A DNA stretch of 54,819 nt, counting the filler, from Catajapyx aquilonaris (Eukaryota): assembly GCA_000934665.2 (NCBI GenBank). It is 2 parts of 2 records of this genome, joined end to end, with 100 filler letters (N's around TTAATTAATTAA, not from the genome) between each part and the next. Parts side by side here need not be neighbours in the genome. Positions count along the whole stretch, not along the records: positions 1 to 27,367 come from JYFJ02005066.1; positions 27,468 to 54,819 come from JYFJ02005067.1. One strand, written 5' to 3'. A model generated the notes under the pieces. That model made no database searches. It saw nothing but the letters and a program-made list of their open reading frames with translations, and was not told the DNA's origin. Below, piece by piece: positions 24,020 to 36,400 of the stretch. Within the stretch, counting starts at the first letter, position 1; every line of letters starts with the position of its first letter. A program made the translations under genes and the position numbers.

Positions 24020-24865
24020 TTGTGTTCTTTTCCCTTTTGCGGTCGCGACCCCTTCGGAGTCGCGAGGAAGGTTATACCCTAACTACGTAGTTATTTGTGC
24101 AGATTGATTCTATCTCTCTAGAAAATTTGCCCGTAAATGAGATGTGTTAATTTAGCGATTATTGTAATTAACTACCACCAAAGGAACGGGGTAGGGTTGA
24201 ATTGGAAGTGGTGGTCGCGAATTTTACGCATCTATCCGAAAAAGATTGGGAAGCACGGCTCTAATGATTGAAAACCCGCTAATGTACGTTGACAATACTG
24301 GAATTGTTTGTGAACTTGTAACGACAAAACTACAGCCACCTAAGCAGAACTCCTTTCAAGTGCAATATGCAGATCTGAAATAGTTATTAACCTTCTTGTC
24401 CTGCAGAAAGCTTTCATGCTAACCTTCTCCTGTGTATTGTCCGGGACAATGACAAGACGTGCATTCATTAAGAAAATATCTGCAAACAGTATATTATTTG
24501 GACTGGTAGTCAAAACTGTAGTGCATCTTAGGGACTCTTTCCCAGAAATGCAAAACAACCTTGAAGATGATATTTCTTTCTGGCAGAAAGAAATTTAGCA
24601 CCCTCAGCTTGTGTGACTTTGAACACACAAAAATTTTCGCCTGCGGCGGGCTTCCTCGCCTGCTAGCTCTCTCTCTCTTCCCCCCCCCCCCCCNCCCCAA
24701 AAAAGAACATTTTGCATGCGCCACTGCCTGAAGTGCAGAAGATCCATGTCAGAAAATGAAACCAAACTTTCAAACCACGGGGGTGGGGGTGGGGGGCGGC
24801 AGGAAAGGTTTCTGCCCCCCCCTCCGAAATCTCGTAAATCCGGCACTGCTGAAAGTTAAAAGGCT

Positions 24866-25188
24866 ACGCGAGATGGTAACGTCTCGGCTTGCTGAGTGAA
24901 AGGTCCCAGGTTCGATCCCCGCCTGGGATTTCCCTTTCACCTGCGACAGGAGGGTCTCTGACATGCATCTTGGAGGTGTGTGTTAACCTCTTGGGGAACA
25001 GCACATGAGCCCTTTTCAGACATTGCATTTGTACCCATGTTCCCTCCCATAAAATCCCTATCCTTACTCTATGTCCTTGAATCGTTGCACCCGTGTTTGA
25101 AGGAAAAATTCTAGAAAACTGACGGTGGTGTGCCACCCCCCTAAAAGGGCTCCGCCCTAGCACAGGGTATATTTAAATATAAAATAAA
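24866..25188 (+). mobile_element. tRNA-derived SINE, slightly 5'-truncated
   Basis: B box GGTTCGATCC at 24909-24918, A-rich tail, and a 14-bp TSD AAAGTTAAAAGGCT at 24852-24865 and 25189-25202. Confidence 0.82.
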
Positions 25189-25799
25189 AAAGTTAAAAGG
25201 CTGCGTTGGACAGCCTCTCCCAGCTGGCATTTACATTCCAAACAGCTGCACAGTGACCAGGCTCAAATCGCATCCTCCATACCCACCAATTAAAAAATAG
25301 TTATATGCAAATATTTGTCCACCACACTAACTTTTATTGTAAAAGGTGTAAAAATGAGTTTGTTTTTGTTAAATCCTTAGAGTTACCTAAATGAGCTTTA
25401 AAAGTGACCTTGCACCACCGCCTTGCACGCTTCTCAAAATGCACCCAAGATGGCCGTACGACCTGACCACGCGAGATTTTTTTGGGTGAGTTCTGCTTGT
25501 GAATATGCTGAAAACCGCACTAATCTACGCCTTATAAAATTTCCGCAAAAAATTCTCAAAGTGCAGCGCCGCGAAAGACGGCGCCGGTCCCGAAAGGGAT
25601 ATAAGCATGATAAACTGATTTTGAGGTTTGGATTTTTCTAGCTGCATTCTAATCATCTGGATATACTGTATGGTTGTCCCCACATAAGGTATTTGCATAA
25701 GTGACTCAGGGAATGCAATTTTCACATTTCTGTGGATTGTTGTGCCCCCAACAAGCTCAAATTGTGCAGCATATACCAAATTATATGACAACCAACATT

Positions 25800-26131
25800 A
25801 TTATAATAATCCAGAGGTAGTGCTTTCACCCCCACATGGGGGTATATCACACGGACCTTTATTTGGTGGTACATTTTTGGTGCCTACTCATTGAAGCGCT
25901 CAGGCCCACGGGCGGGATGACAGGAGGGGATGTGCAAGGTGCAGTGCAATGTCGTTCCTACTGTCGTTTTGTGAACTCCCCGGGTGGTTTGTCTAAGGAG
26001 ATACCCTCCGAGACGAAGACAGAGACAGCCCAACTCTGCACGAGATGAAGGGGGTGTCCCCAGGCTGGGATCGAACCCGGGACCTTAACATCTGTGGGCG
26101 CATACGTTACTGCAGCGCCACTTCGCCTCCC
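25800..26131 (-). mobile_element. tRNA-derived SINE
   Basis: Minus strand reads GGGAGGCGAAGTGGCGCTGCAGTAA...GGGTTCGATCC (B box 26078-26068); ATT-like tail near 25800. Confidence 0.7.
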
Positions 26132-26890
26132 TTGTATGACAACCGACATTAGAAGGAAGATCCCACTCACCACCTTATCTGAAGGCCATCAACCTTGAAC
26201 AACCCACAGCAACTGATAGTATTAGAGTTCCTGCAAGATACCTTGAGTATGATAGTTTCTGAGGCACCTTTTGTCAAGATCAGGCCAACTCTGTATCTCT
26301 TGGAGCTTAAGTTTTTTTTAAAAGGGTAGTACGTTGATAACCAGAAAGGAGGTAAGGGATGTCCAATGTTTATATAGCACGTGAGCTTTCATCCTATTAA
26401 TCCAATGTGATCTCCCATTTCTAGGCTACCACTGCTGGCCTACTCCACCAAGCAAAGATAAGGCTGGTTTATTCCTGTATGAGCATAGCAAGAAAAATGT
26501 GAACCCAATTTACACTCCAACTGGTGTTTACTTTTGCATCAAGAAATTAAAACCTCCCTGGACAGAGTTCGAAACATGTGTAAACTGCAGACTGGAATAA
26601 ACTCCAGTCCAAGAAATCAGGTGTTAATTATTCATTCTCAGAAACAAAAACTGTCTCACAAGGGAAAGTTACAAAACCATGTAAATGAGTTTCTGGATTA
26701 GATCTATGGAATTTGACAGATGTTACATGCATGTGCTCACATCCAAAATTTTTACAATGGAACCATATACCGTGAAACCTGCCCATGACACACCCTGAAT
26801 CTAATGGAAACATGTCCATTGTGGTATTTTTCTAAGAACAGGCATATGGATAAGACATGAATTTGTGGTAAATACTGTGTTTAATATAAG

Positions 26891-27282
26891 GTACGTTCAC
26901 ACGGGCGTGAAATTCCTAGGAAAGTGTTGGAAAGTAGATTCCACTAGAAGCAGATTCCAAGTAATGTCCAACTTCCCAGTGACAGTAGTCCACACGAGCC
27001 AGGTTACAACAGATGAAACACGCCACCCGTGCAACCCAACAACGAGAGGGGGGGAAAAGAGCAGGGGGGGAGGTGGAGGGGAGGGAAAGACAGCATGCGC
27101 TCAGAAGTCACGTGATCCCACTTTCCAGGTTGGAGCGAGATTCCTACTTTATCCAACTTGGAATCTTTTCCAACTTGGGACAGGCTTTCCGAGTTTGTAC
27201 TTTCCCATTTGGACGGGTGACAAAACCTGGAATTCAACTTTCCAGGCACTTTCCTAGGAATTTCGCGCCCGTGTGAATGTAC
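26891..27282. mobile_element. MITE with ~50-bp TIRs (Harbinger-like)
   Basis: GTACGTTCACACGGGCGTGAAATTCCTAGGAAAGTG ... CACTTTCCTAGGAATTTCGCGCCCGTGTGAATGTAC. Confidence 0.75.
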
Positions 27283-27367
27283 AGTCGCCGACATATTGAT
27301 TGAATCACTTGCGAGCCGATTTCTAACGTTATCCTGGATATTCAGAGCAATACCGCACAACATCTTG

Positions 27368-27467
27368 NNNNNNNNNNNNNNNNNNNNNNNNNNNNNNNNN
27401 NNNNNNNNNNNTTAATTAATTAANNNNNNNNNNNNNNNNNNNNNNNNNNNNNNNNNNNNNNNNNNNN
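27368..27467. other. Artificial scaffold/contig spacer
   Basis: Exactly 44 N + palindromic TTAATTAATTAA (stops in all six frames) + 44 N = 100 nt. Confidence 0.92.
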
Positions 27468-30400
27468 TCTTACAAGGCAGTTTCCTTCTCCCATGACCAG
27501 TGACCACTACAGCACGGTATCTTTTTCCGAGTTTTAGATGTTTGCGAGTGGCCTGCGACATGGTAAGTCCACGTTCTCAGCGTATTCTTCAGTGGACTAG
27601 GCGGAAATATACGACGGTATATCAAAGAAGCCCTATCCGCTTCCGTTTGTATGTCTTATCGGTGCGTTTTTCCAAGTAGGTCACGGAATAATGGGATCTC
27701 CGAAATTTAGATGACAAAAAAAATCTTCCGCGGTTAGTGTACATTATATGTCCTTACAATACTTCCCTGGAGAGAATTTGCTCTTAAGACTATTTTCCTC
27801 GTGTAGGCCCTAATTAATTTATCATAACCAACCCAAGGAGAGATTTTCAAAGTGCAAGACCTCTCAAAAAGGTAAGGACCAAGTAAGGACTGATGCTGTA
27901 AACACATATTGGTCATTACATCATTGTGTTGAATGGAAGTGTTTGGAAATGTTGTATTGTACACTGTATTAGTATTCCGCTTCTGAGCGCTATAAGCAAC
28001 ATTCTGCAGGAAACCAACAGAAGTGAAGGCTGCGGAGGATGTTGGCTATTCGCCTCAGGTACTGTAGCCAGCATTAGCATACACCGCATCTGAAAAATCG
28101 CAGGAAGCAGATGCAAGTACACAGCCCTGCAGTAATGTTTCCCCTCATTTCCTTCACCCCCCGTCCGCACCACTAAAAGCTCTAAGCACCATATGCTGGC
28201 ATTTTCGAACACCAGTTTTATTTCTTTATACCCCTAGCCTTATTGTTATTGCTGGAATTCCTCTGGTGGCCATACCCTTACGAAACATCCCCGAGTGAAG
28301 GAAGGCAAATTCCAATTTCCCTCAAGTCCTACATTGCGACTACTTATGTAAGCCCATGGAAATGCTTCAGTTGAGAATCTCCCGTATTTACCAACCAGTC
28401 CCACTGCGGAACGTGCTCCGTTTATAGCCCCCTCCGTAATTCCTCCTCGGGAACATTTATTCTAACTACACACTATACGTCCCTGCACGGATTCATTTCC
28501 GAAACTGGCTCTTTCCAACCCACTCAATCGTTCATAAGGTATTTCGAAACCTATTAAGCCCCTTTAACACCGCTCGCTCCTTTCTTTTTTAATCACACTC
28601 TGATTAGGAATGAGGATTGAAAATGTCACTCAGTCTATTGGCCCATAGCCCGAATCTCACAGCCACCAATAATTAAAACTATAGCCTCCAAGTTGCCCGG
28701 TACATCATTTCCGACGGTTCAACTCATGTGACCTGCAAAAAAAATGGATCGAAGGTGAGCCTGCACACATCGGTTTACCGGCACAAAAGCCGGGGGTTTT
28801 TTTTTACGACTAAACTGCATAGGATTAACTATATTAACGTGTCTGCCGGGTTACGCAACTGTTTTTTTAAATAAAGGGGCGAAATTGGGGCTATAAATCC
28901 TGGCAGAAACTTTCCTTCATCCGGTTGCATGTTACAATAAGGATTAATTAGAAATTTTATGAGAATGTTTGCTTCCTGCTATTTTTTTTGCCAGGTGCAG
29001 TTTTGTATAAACCAGGGTCACCTACATGAGTGCCTCCCCCACCTAGACAGGGTATTGTCTCTCCGCCATATTGGAGCTAATTCACATAGGAGCTACATGG
29101 TTAGGGTGGGGAGGCAACCATGTAGGGGACCCTGGTATAAACAACCTGCACATAATTTATTTTTGAAATCATTTACATTATGTTGCCTGGTCATACTATT
29201 TCTGACCTTCATTCATTTGTTGCTGTGACTGGCCTTATCAGAACGTTAAGGATTACCATGATTATAGATCGCTGGGTAGTCAGCGATTTCAACCCCTGGC
29301 CACATAATTTGACAGTGTTTGATCAAAAACAAGCCCTCCCCTTTCGACCTGCTTACGCTATCAGTGTTTGGGCACAAGTGCGTACAGCACGCGAGCAAAT
29401 TGGACACGCAAAACCTTGGTCTAATTACAGGTCAAAGCTGACTCGTTAAACACACTTTCCTCAATCAAGCGCTAATCTGGTCCCATCCACAGGCGAAGGA
29501 AAACACTTTCAGGCCCGTTGGCTGCTTGAAGGAGGAAAAAAGTAAAGCTGTAATCTTTCCATTAGAATTTGGGTTGATAAATGGCGGGACGTCTTGCTTT
29601 GTTAGCTCACGAGTGGAATGATGTCTGGCTGGGTCATTCGTCTGAGACGATCTCTTGACAAACCGGAGAAGGATAGGGGGTTCAGTGGGTTGGGAAACTA
29701 ATAAAGAAGCAGTGGAGAGGAAAGGCGTCTCCAGAAGACAGGAAAATGTTCAATGCATGTGGGCTGGGTTATAACTTCAGTTATTTTTAGGAACGATTCT
29801 ATAATAGGATTTAATGATAACGAGTGTCGCAGACGTTCAAATCTCTAGCATTATTCACAGTTTTATGGATTATTTTACAACGTGCTGTAATTAGGGTGTG
29901 ATTTTGACGCTCAAGTCCCCCCCGGAATTAGTCAGGTTAATTTCAGATGCAGTGGGTGAAGCAGTGTCAGGGATTGGAGCCGAGTTAATAAAAGTCGATG
30001 GCACACTTTTGAAACGCTGATTGCAAAAAGCACCGTCTACTGTCGTTTTATTATTGCTCGATACTATCAATAGTAATATTTCAGTGGAAGGAGAAATCAT
30101 ATTTATTTTGAAGGCGCATGCTTTGTCCTAAACTTTTTGCATGGTACTCTTGTCATCCCCACATCAAACGCTGACTATGGCAATAATTTGATGAGCAAGG
30201 TTCGCCCTAGTTTCCCAACATGACAGGAATCGTCCGTGATGACACAAGCGCCACCTGCATGGACGCCATAAAAACTTGAGCCGGTATCTCCATAATGAAA
30301 AGCAGAGTCATTAATATCCGTACCCTTTTGTTTCATGAACTGCGTGCGGGTGTGCCCATCCGGCAGTTAATGCTTTTCCCCACCTCCGAACAGATGTAAA

Positions 30401-33063
30401 TAACGCATAACATCGCAGAAAAAAAAATCCCTGGTTGTTCCCCCCAAAATAAAATGACGGTACCAGCTCGTTGTCATTTTGACGACGTCGGCTGGGGTGC
30501 AAAGCCTGCAGTTAGTGCAGTGTGCGCCAGCAGTCCCCCCACAGATTGGCAGATATTGAAGAAGCCCAAAAACGAGCGACGCCCAAATTTCTCCCAGCTT
30601 CCGACCCACCAAAGCAAAAGCTCTCTGCACAAACTTTTTCCCTTAAGACTTGTCGCACACTATACCAGTAACCATGCCAACTTTTATGGCCGCGCCGTGC
30701 TTTTTCCCTGTAACAAAAAACCGACTTAGAAAAGTACGACTTCCGCAAGTCGCAATCCGACAAATCTTTGCAGGTGCTTCTGACATGTCCAAGTAGCGCG
30801 CTGACGGCGTTTTAAGTGTAACTCAGCATGTCTGTCACGAAATTTCGCGGACCACTTGCGAAGCGGGCAGTTCAAATTAATTTTCCCTCCCCGACCCGTC
30901 GTTGTCGACGTAAATATCCTTTTGGCACAGCTCCTGGGAAGCGGCATACCCATAGTCCAGATGGAGATATGCCGCCAGACGTGCCCCACGTCCTATGGAT
31001 GATTACGGGATGATTTACAGCAACTCGTCCTGTCCGCCTAACAGCCTGCCAAGTTTGCATCCACCAGATCTATTTGCCTAACTGCCTGGATTAAAATAAC
31101 GGGGAACTCTATAGGTAAGGAGAGGTCAGGAAACTCCTTTCCCTTCCCTTTTACCTAAAAGCAAACCTTGTAGAATGAACCTTTCGGGTCAATTCAATTG
31201 AAGTGGCACCGCACCGTTTATTTCCTAGATCCTTCCAAACACTACCCACCAGGTTATATAGTCCACGGTTCGGAATTGAAATCATCTCATTTCCGACATC
31301 GGCAATGCGGCACTAAAAATAAATTGGGTCAGATCGATATAGATAATCAAGGATAGCAATGGAATCAGGCGAATAATGCATGATGCCGCCAGTCCTCCGG
31401 TAATAGATTTCACTCGACCGCTTCCTAGATATTTTTTTTTCTTTTGAGGAGAAAGAAAAGGAAAATATTTACTCCAATTGGCTAGAGAATTGGCAGGCAA
31501 CTTGGCGTGACGTGACCGCATCTGGTTGCTCTTACAATACGGTTTGTGCGTAATCCTTGACCCGATAAAACGAAAGTTAACCTCTCCGTAACCATCATTT
31601 GTGTCCGGTGCAATAAAAGTCGGAGCGGCCTGCACTCGGACCAGGATTTATAGAGAGTTTAAATAACACCCTGTTTTTTTCCAATGCGAAGATTCGTGGC
31701 TGGTGAAGAAGTAACCGCTAGTTAGAATTTATGACATAACGCCGCATTTTTCACACTTTACAAGCATGCTGCGCGTGCTGCAGGCGACCATAACCGGAAC
31801 AAAGCACGTGCTTCGAGAGCACAATTTAAAAAAATTAATACCAGTCGAATTCCAGCACAATAATGTTGTCACATCGTTTGCATTTCGTTGCATCACACTG
31901 CCAGTGGAACTCTACATTCCGCAATAATCCGAACACGATTTTTATAATACCCTAATTAGAACACTTTCCCGACTATTCCTGTAATTGCAGCGATTACTAC
32001 TGACAACAAAATGCTTTCCCATCTGTAATGCTCTGAAGTAAAGCTGCCAGCAGGCAAAGGCAGAAACGTCCCTTAATCCCAAATTCTGGACGTGCCCTCT
32101 ATTTGCCTACGCAGAACCCCGGAGATAAATCACTCTGCCGCCTCTGGCTTTTAATTACACCCCCGGTTATGACTCTCAAAAGAAAAAAAAATATTACGAA
32201 ATGAATTCGCACCTTCCCGCTGAGCTACTTGGAAACTGCAGCTCCTTCAGGGCGTCAAAACAGATTGCAGGCAGTTATATATGACGTACGCCTTTCGAGA
32301 GTGGTTTTTAAAACGTTGAGAAAAGCTCGTATATAGGAATACATATACTGGGCCTAAAGTAGGGTTTGGAGAAAAAGCGATGGTAGAAAGGAACGATAAT
32401 TCTTCTAAGCGAGCGAGGAAGTCGGCACAAAGAAAATGATGGCGGCAGGATGGAGGTGAGAACTAATGGAGTGATTTCTCCAGGAATTCAACTTCATTTA
32501 AGGTGAATTATATCTGAATGCCGTTTGTTAGGAAGCACTCACGTCTATGTGAGAGGGTGTTAAGTGTTACCATTTGTCTTTTGTTGGAACCGGATTTTGA
32601 ATGCCTCTGCTGAAGTGTGAAAGTATAGTCCGATGTATTTGTTTTATTTCGCCCTTTTCATATACGACGGGAGGAGAGTGGACCTATGGCAGATTTCCAG
32701 GCAGATTGTCTCATATCGTACAAGTTGAAATGTAACACTACTGTCCATCTGGATGTAAATAAATGGGCCTGTTAGTGGATTTGTTAAAATATTAATTGAT
32801 GCGAGCCACGGTGTCTTATAAACATTTCATAACTTTATAGTTAAACATGTCCGGCCAACACTATCCAATCGCCTAAAAATACTGCTTTTGCAGGGAGCCA
32901 ATGTTCCACAATATTTATTTTCTTTCATTCGCCGTAGCTAGAAATATGGAAGGTCAATCGTCCAAAATAGATTGTTAGGAGTTGGCATCAGATAGTTTAC
33001 ATAACAACACTTTCGTTCGCGGTCCTCTGGCAAACACTAATTTAAAATTATGCGACAACCCAC

Positions 33064-33406
33064 CTCTCATGTAAATGTACGCCGTTCCTTTCATGTTGGG
33101 CCTGGTGAGTACGACCAGATTGAGCACGTTGCCGATAATGCCGAAGAAGCAGATGAATGGCAGCACGATTCCGTAGGCCACATGCTTCAGCCGGACAATG
33201 TCCTCCTGCACCTCCGCGTCTGCCCCTGCGGTCAGGTTGTTCAGAGTCCCGTTGGCACCCAGCAGGATGTAGACACAGAGCGGAAGGGTCAGCACCGTCG
33301 GTTGAGTGTCCTCTGTGACCACCTCCGGAGGCGGATCGAGCTTGGCCAGCAGGAAGTAGTTGGCCGGGTTGATGACCGCGGCCACCGGGTCCGGTACCAC
33401 CTCCAT
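33064..33406 (-). CDS. Rhodopsin-class GPCR, FMRFamide/peptide-receptor-like group; first coding exon (N-terminus, TM1, ICL1)
   Basis: MEVVPDP...NGTLNNLT...VAYGIVLPFICFFGIIGNVLNLVVLTRPNMKGTAYIYMR|G: N-glycosylation sequons, TM1 GN motif, phase-1 donor G|GTGGGT at 33064/33063. An in-frame TAA 8 codons upstream supports ATG 33406; exon acceptor TTTTTTCCCCAG at 33877. Downstream exons were not found. Confidence 0.88.
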
Positions 33407-36400
33407 CGGCCCACTGTTACATGTGGGTTACGCGGAAGCCGTTTTTAATAGCCTCTGTTCCTCCCTCCCCCCCTCCCCCCTCCAGCACCCTTGGCCAACG
33501 ACAGCCCACAACTGGCACCGACGGTGTTCTTCCATGGGCCGTTCCCTGTACCCACGGCGCCGGCGCCTGACAGCCAATATGCTGCTGGGGGCTGAGGCCT
33601 GTCTGCTCTACTTGGGAGCCCACAATGTTTCCGAGGGGATTCGCAACATTGCGGTTCTCTAGAAGCTTTTTGCTTGTTTGCAGATTGCCCCCTTGAACCA
33701 GACATGGGTACTCGCAAGTGTCGTTCTGGAGGAACCCGCGCCTTCCTAACTGGATGATCCCATCCATTGTTTTTATGCGGGTCTCAGCGCCGGTTACTGC
33801 GTAAAAATTAGACATTGTAATACGGTGCTAAAAGTGAGACATACATGTGAGATCCACCAGGCAGGCTCCAGATTACCTGGGGAAAAAAGATATAATATTT
33901 CAGTATAGACAGCAGAAACGGCTGTGTTGACAATCAAAAAAGCGATAAAAGAAGGGGCACGTGGTGAGTTGAATAGAATAGAATGCTATTGGGGTTAGCG
34001 GGAGCGGCGGCAAAGCATTGGCGCAGCATTCATCGTTAAGCCGCACCAACCCCTCCGCGGTCTATAAGAACAGCCAAAGTGTTCCCAGAGAACGCCGAGG
34101 CAATTTATCACACTGAAGAAGGATTCGATAGGGATCCCAAGCAGAACTGCAGGAAGGAGATAACTAGTCATTCCCAGAATGCCTCTGCTGCAATGTGAAG
34201 TGAATGTGGAATGTGTCGTCAGGTAAGAAATCTCAGTGGCTAAAAACCCGAATATGCAAACTTTACATCGCTATCTAACTAATTAAAGTTTATTAATAAT
34301 TAATACTACACTTCTCGAGTACAGTATACACTTGTGCAACTATGAAGCATAACACATGCTGCAGCACCTAGTACTGCCCCAAAGTATTCTTGACTCTAAA
34401 AACATCTTATTGCTCACCCTTGTAATGGGCTCTGCTAATGAGGCACCTCTGCGCTAATTTCAGGAAAAGTGATTATGAGAAATGGGCGAAAAGCATATTC
34501 TGAGGCTTGTGCTCAGGAGGCATAGCGTCATTCTCAGGCTCCGCGAAGCAACTTTTGCAGTGCAATACGTGAATGCATCCTGGTCATCTCGACGTCCGCA
34601 GTATAAAAAGTCTAATATATTACGCAATAAACCTTTTTTAAACTACTGTAGGTGTGGCAAATGCACATTGCACAGTACCTGACAGTACTGTTTACAGTAT
34701 AGTACAGTGCACCAAGTATGCTCCTGCGCTATATACTTTCCACGATACAAGGGTGCGATTGCCTACAATGTCAGGATGAAACCATTCGCAGATCACCATT
34801 GGTTACGATGGGTCTGTCGCGCCTGGTGACCATAATCGCTCCATTTCGACTTGTAATGTAGGCAACTGTAATGTACAGTGCGTGCTACAAGCTTAATGTC
34901 TGCTCTGAAACAATATAATTACCACAAAATTATGCTTTAACACTATATCTGCATGAATTAATAATAATTAATGCATATATTAATGAAATAATAATGATGG
35001 TGAGACCATTCATTATATGGCGCTTTCGTTACATAGCAGCAATCATTCTTGTTAGCGTTAATGAGATGTCGTATCTTGCAAAATAATGGCTGCGTACAAA
35101 AAAAGGTGTCACAAAATAGCAACTAACTTAAAGGTTAAGTGTAATTTATAGCCCATAAAAATATTTTCAGGTTGCATCAAACATCGTCAAAAATTAGTAA
35201 TTCGAGTGAATTTTCGCTCCTGTCGTATTATTCCGTCTCTTCCCTGTCTTTTATAAAAAGGAACAAGTTTCATTTGCATAACAGCCGCATGCAAAGTCAT
35301 TTGCCTGTCGGGGATGTTGTCCAACCCCCCCGTATACATTTCGGCTTACAATATGAAATGATTATCCTTTCGCCCAGCGATTTGACGAGGCCGACATGGG
35401 AGGCATGCGAGCTATTTCTAAATTGAAAATTCGCTGGCGGTAGTCTCCTCCAGCGCTATTGGCCCATCAGAAGATGGAGTGCCATGCAAACCAATTACCT
35501 GCGTCTTACCATCTTTCGGACAGATGAAAGGGCCCGACTCTGTTACTGGGGGGGAAAAAAAAGGGTCGAATCAATATCGCTCAGTCACACTCACAATGGC
35601 GTCTGCTCAACACCACGACAGAAAACAAATTGACTACCTACAGCACTTTTGGTAAACACAACTTTTTGGCTCTAATTTATGTGCTAATAAGTGCTGTGAC
35701 ATTTGTATGCAGGGTTAGTCGCAAAGGGTTTCTAACTTTTGGTAACTTTTTTTTCCCCTCCCCCCTCACTCCCTGCAGAAAAACTTTTGTGTCATCATGA
35801 TTCAAGTCCTGCCGATAGCAGCAATAGGAATTGACCCCATTGCTGAAGACGTTAGCATTCAGAGAAGTGTTTCTCAATCCCCCAGCAGATCTCCACCTCG
35901 TCAACTTCAATATACTGAAGGAACCCGACGGAAACATACTTTAACTTCGGAACGAATCGAGATGGAGAGGGAGAATGGGGGAGAAGGAGGTGCAGGTTGT
36001 GCCCCGGATGAGATGGGACAACTATAGAGTCAGTGAGTCACGTGACAATATGGCAACAATGAATAGCTGCAATATCAAAACATTGCGAATTTTCCAAAAG
36101 TAAACCAAACTCGTAACATTGGATCAAACTACAAAAATGACTGAATTATTACCTTCATATATGTCACCGACTAAAAATTATTATCCCAATTTTTTCTAAT
36201 AAAATTGACCATTTTTCAGCTAATCTCTTCAAATGGAGTGCATTAGGCACGTAATTGGTAGATTAGTCCATATTTTCCAATATTGCGTGGATCAGTGGCA
36301 TAAGTGATATGTAACGAGGCTTTTCCTATCTAATAGAGCGATCGTTTGTGCCGCTTTTGGGTCACCCCCTCAGTCGGATGATGGGCCTGACTTTTCCCTT

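Noticed and set aside
24340..24558. ORF faintly resembling a hAT dimerisation domain
   Set aside because: The diagnostic ERxFS motif is absent and the similarity is too weak to call by eye.
27412..27423. TTAATTAATTAA palindrome as a biological site
   Set aside because: It is symmetrically flanked by 44 Ns on each side, as expected for an assembly linker.
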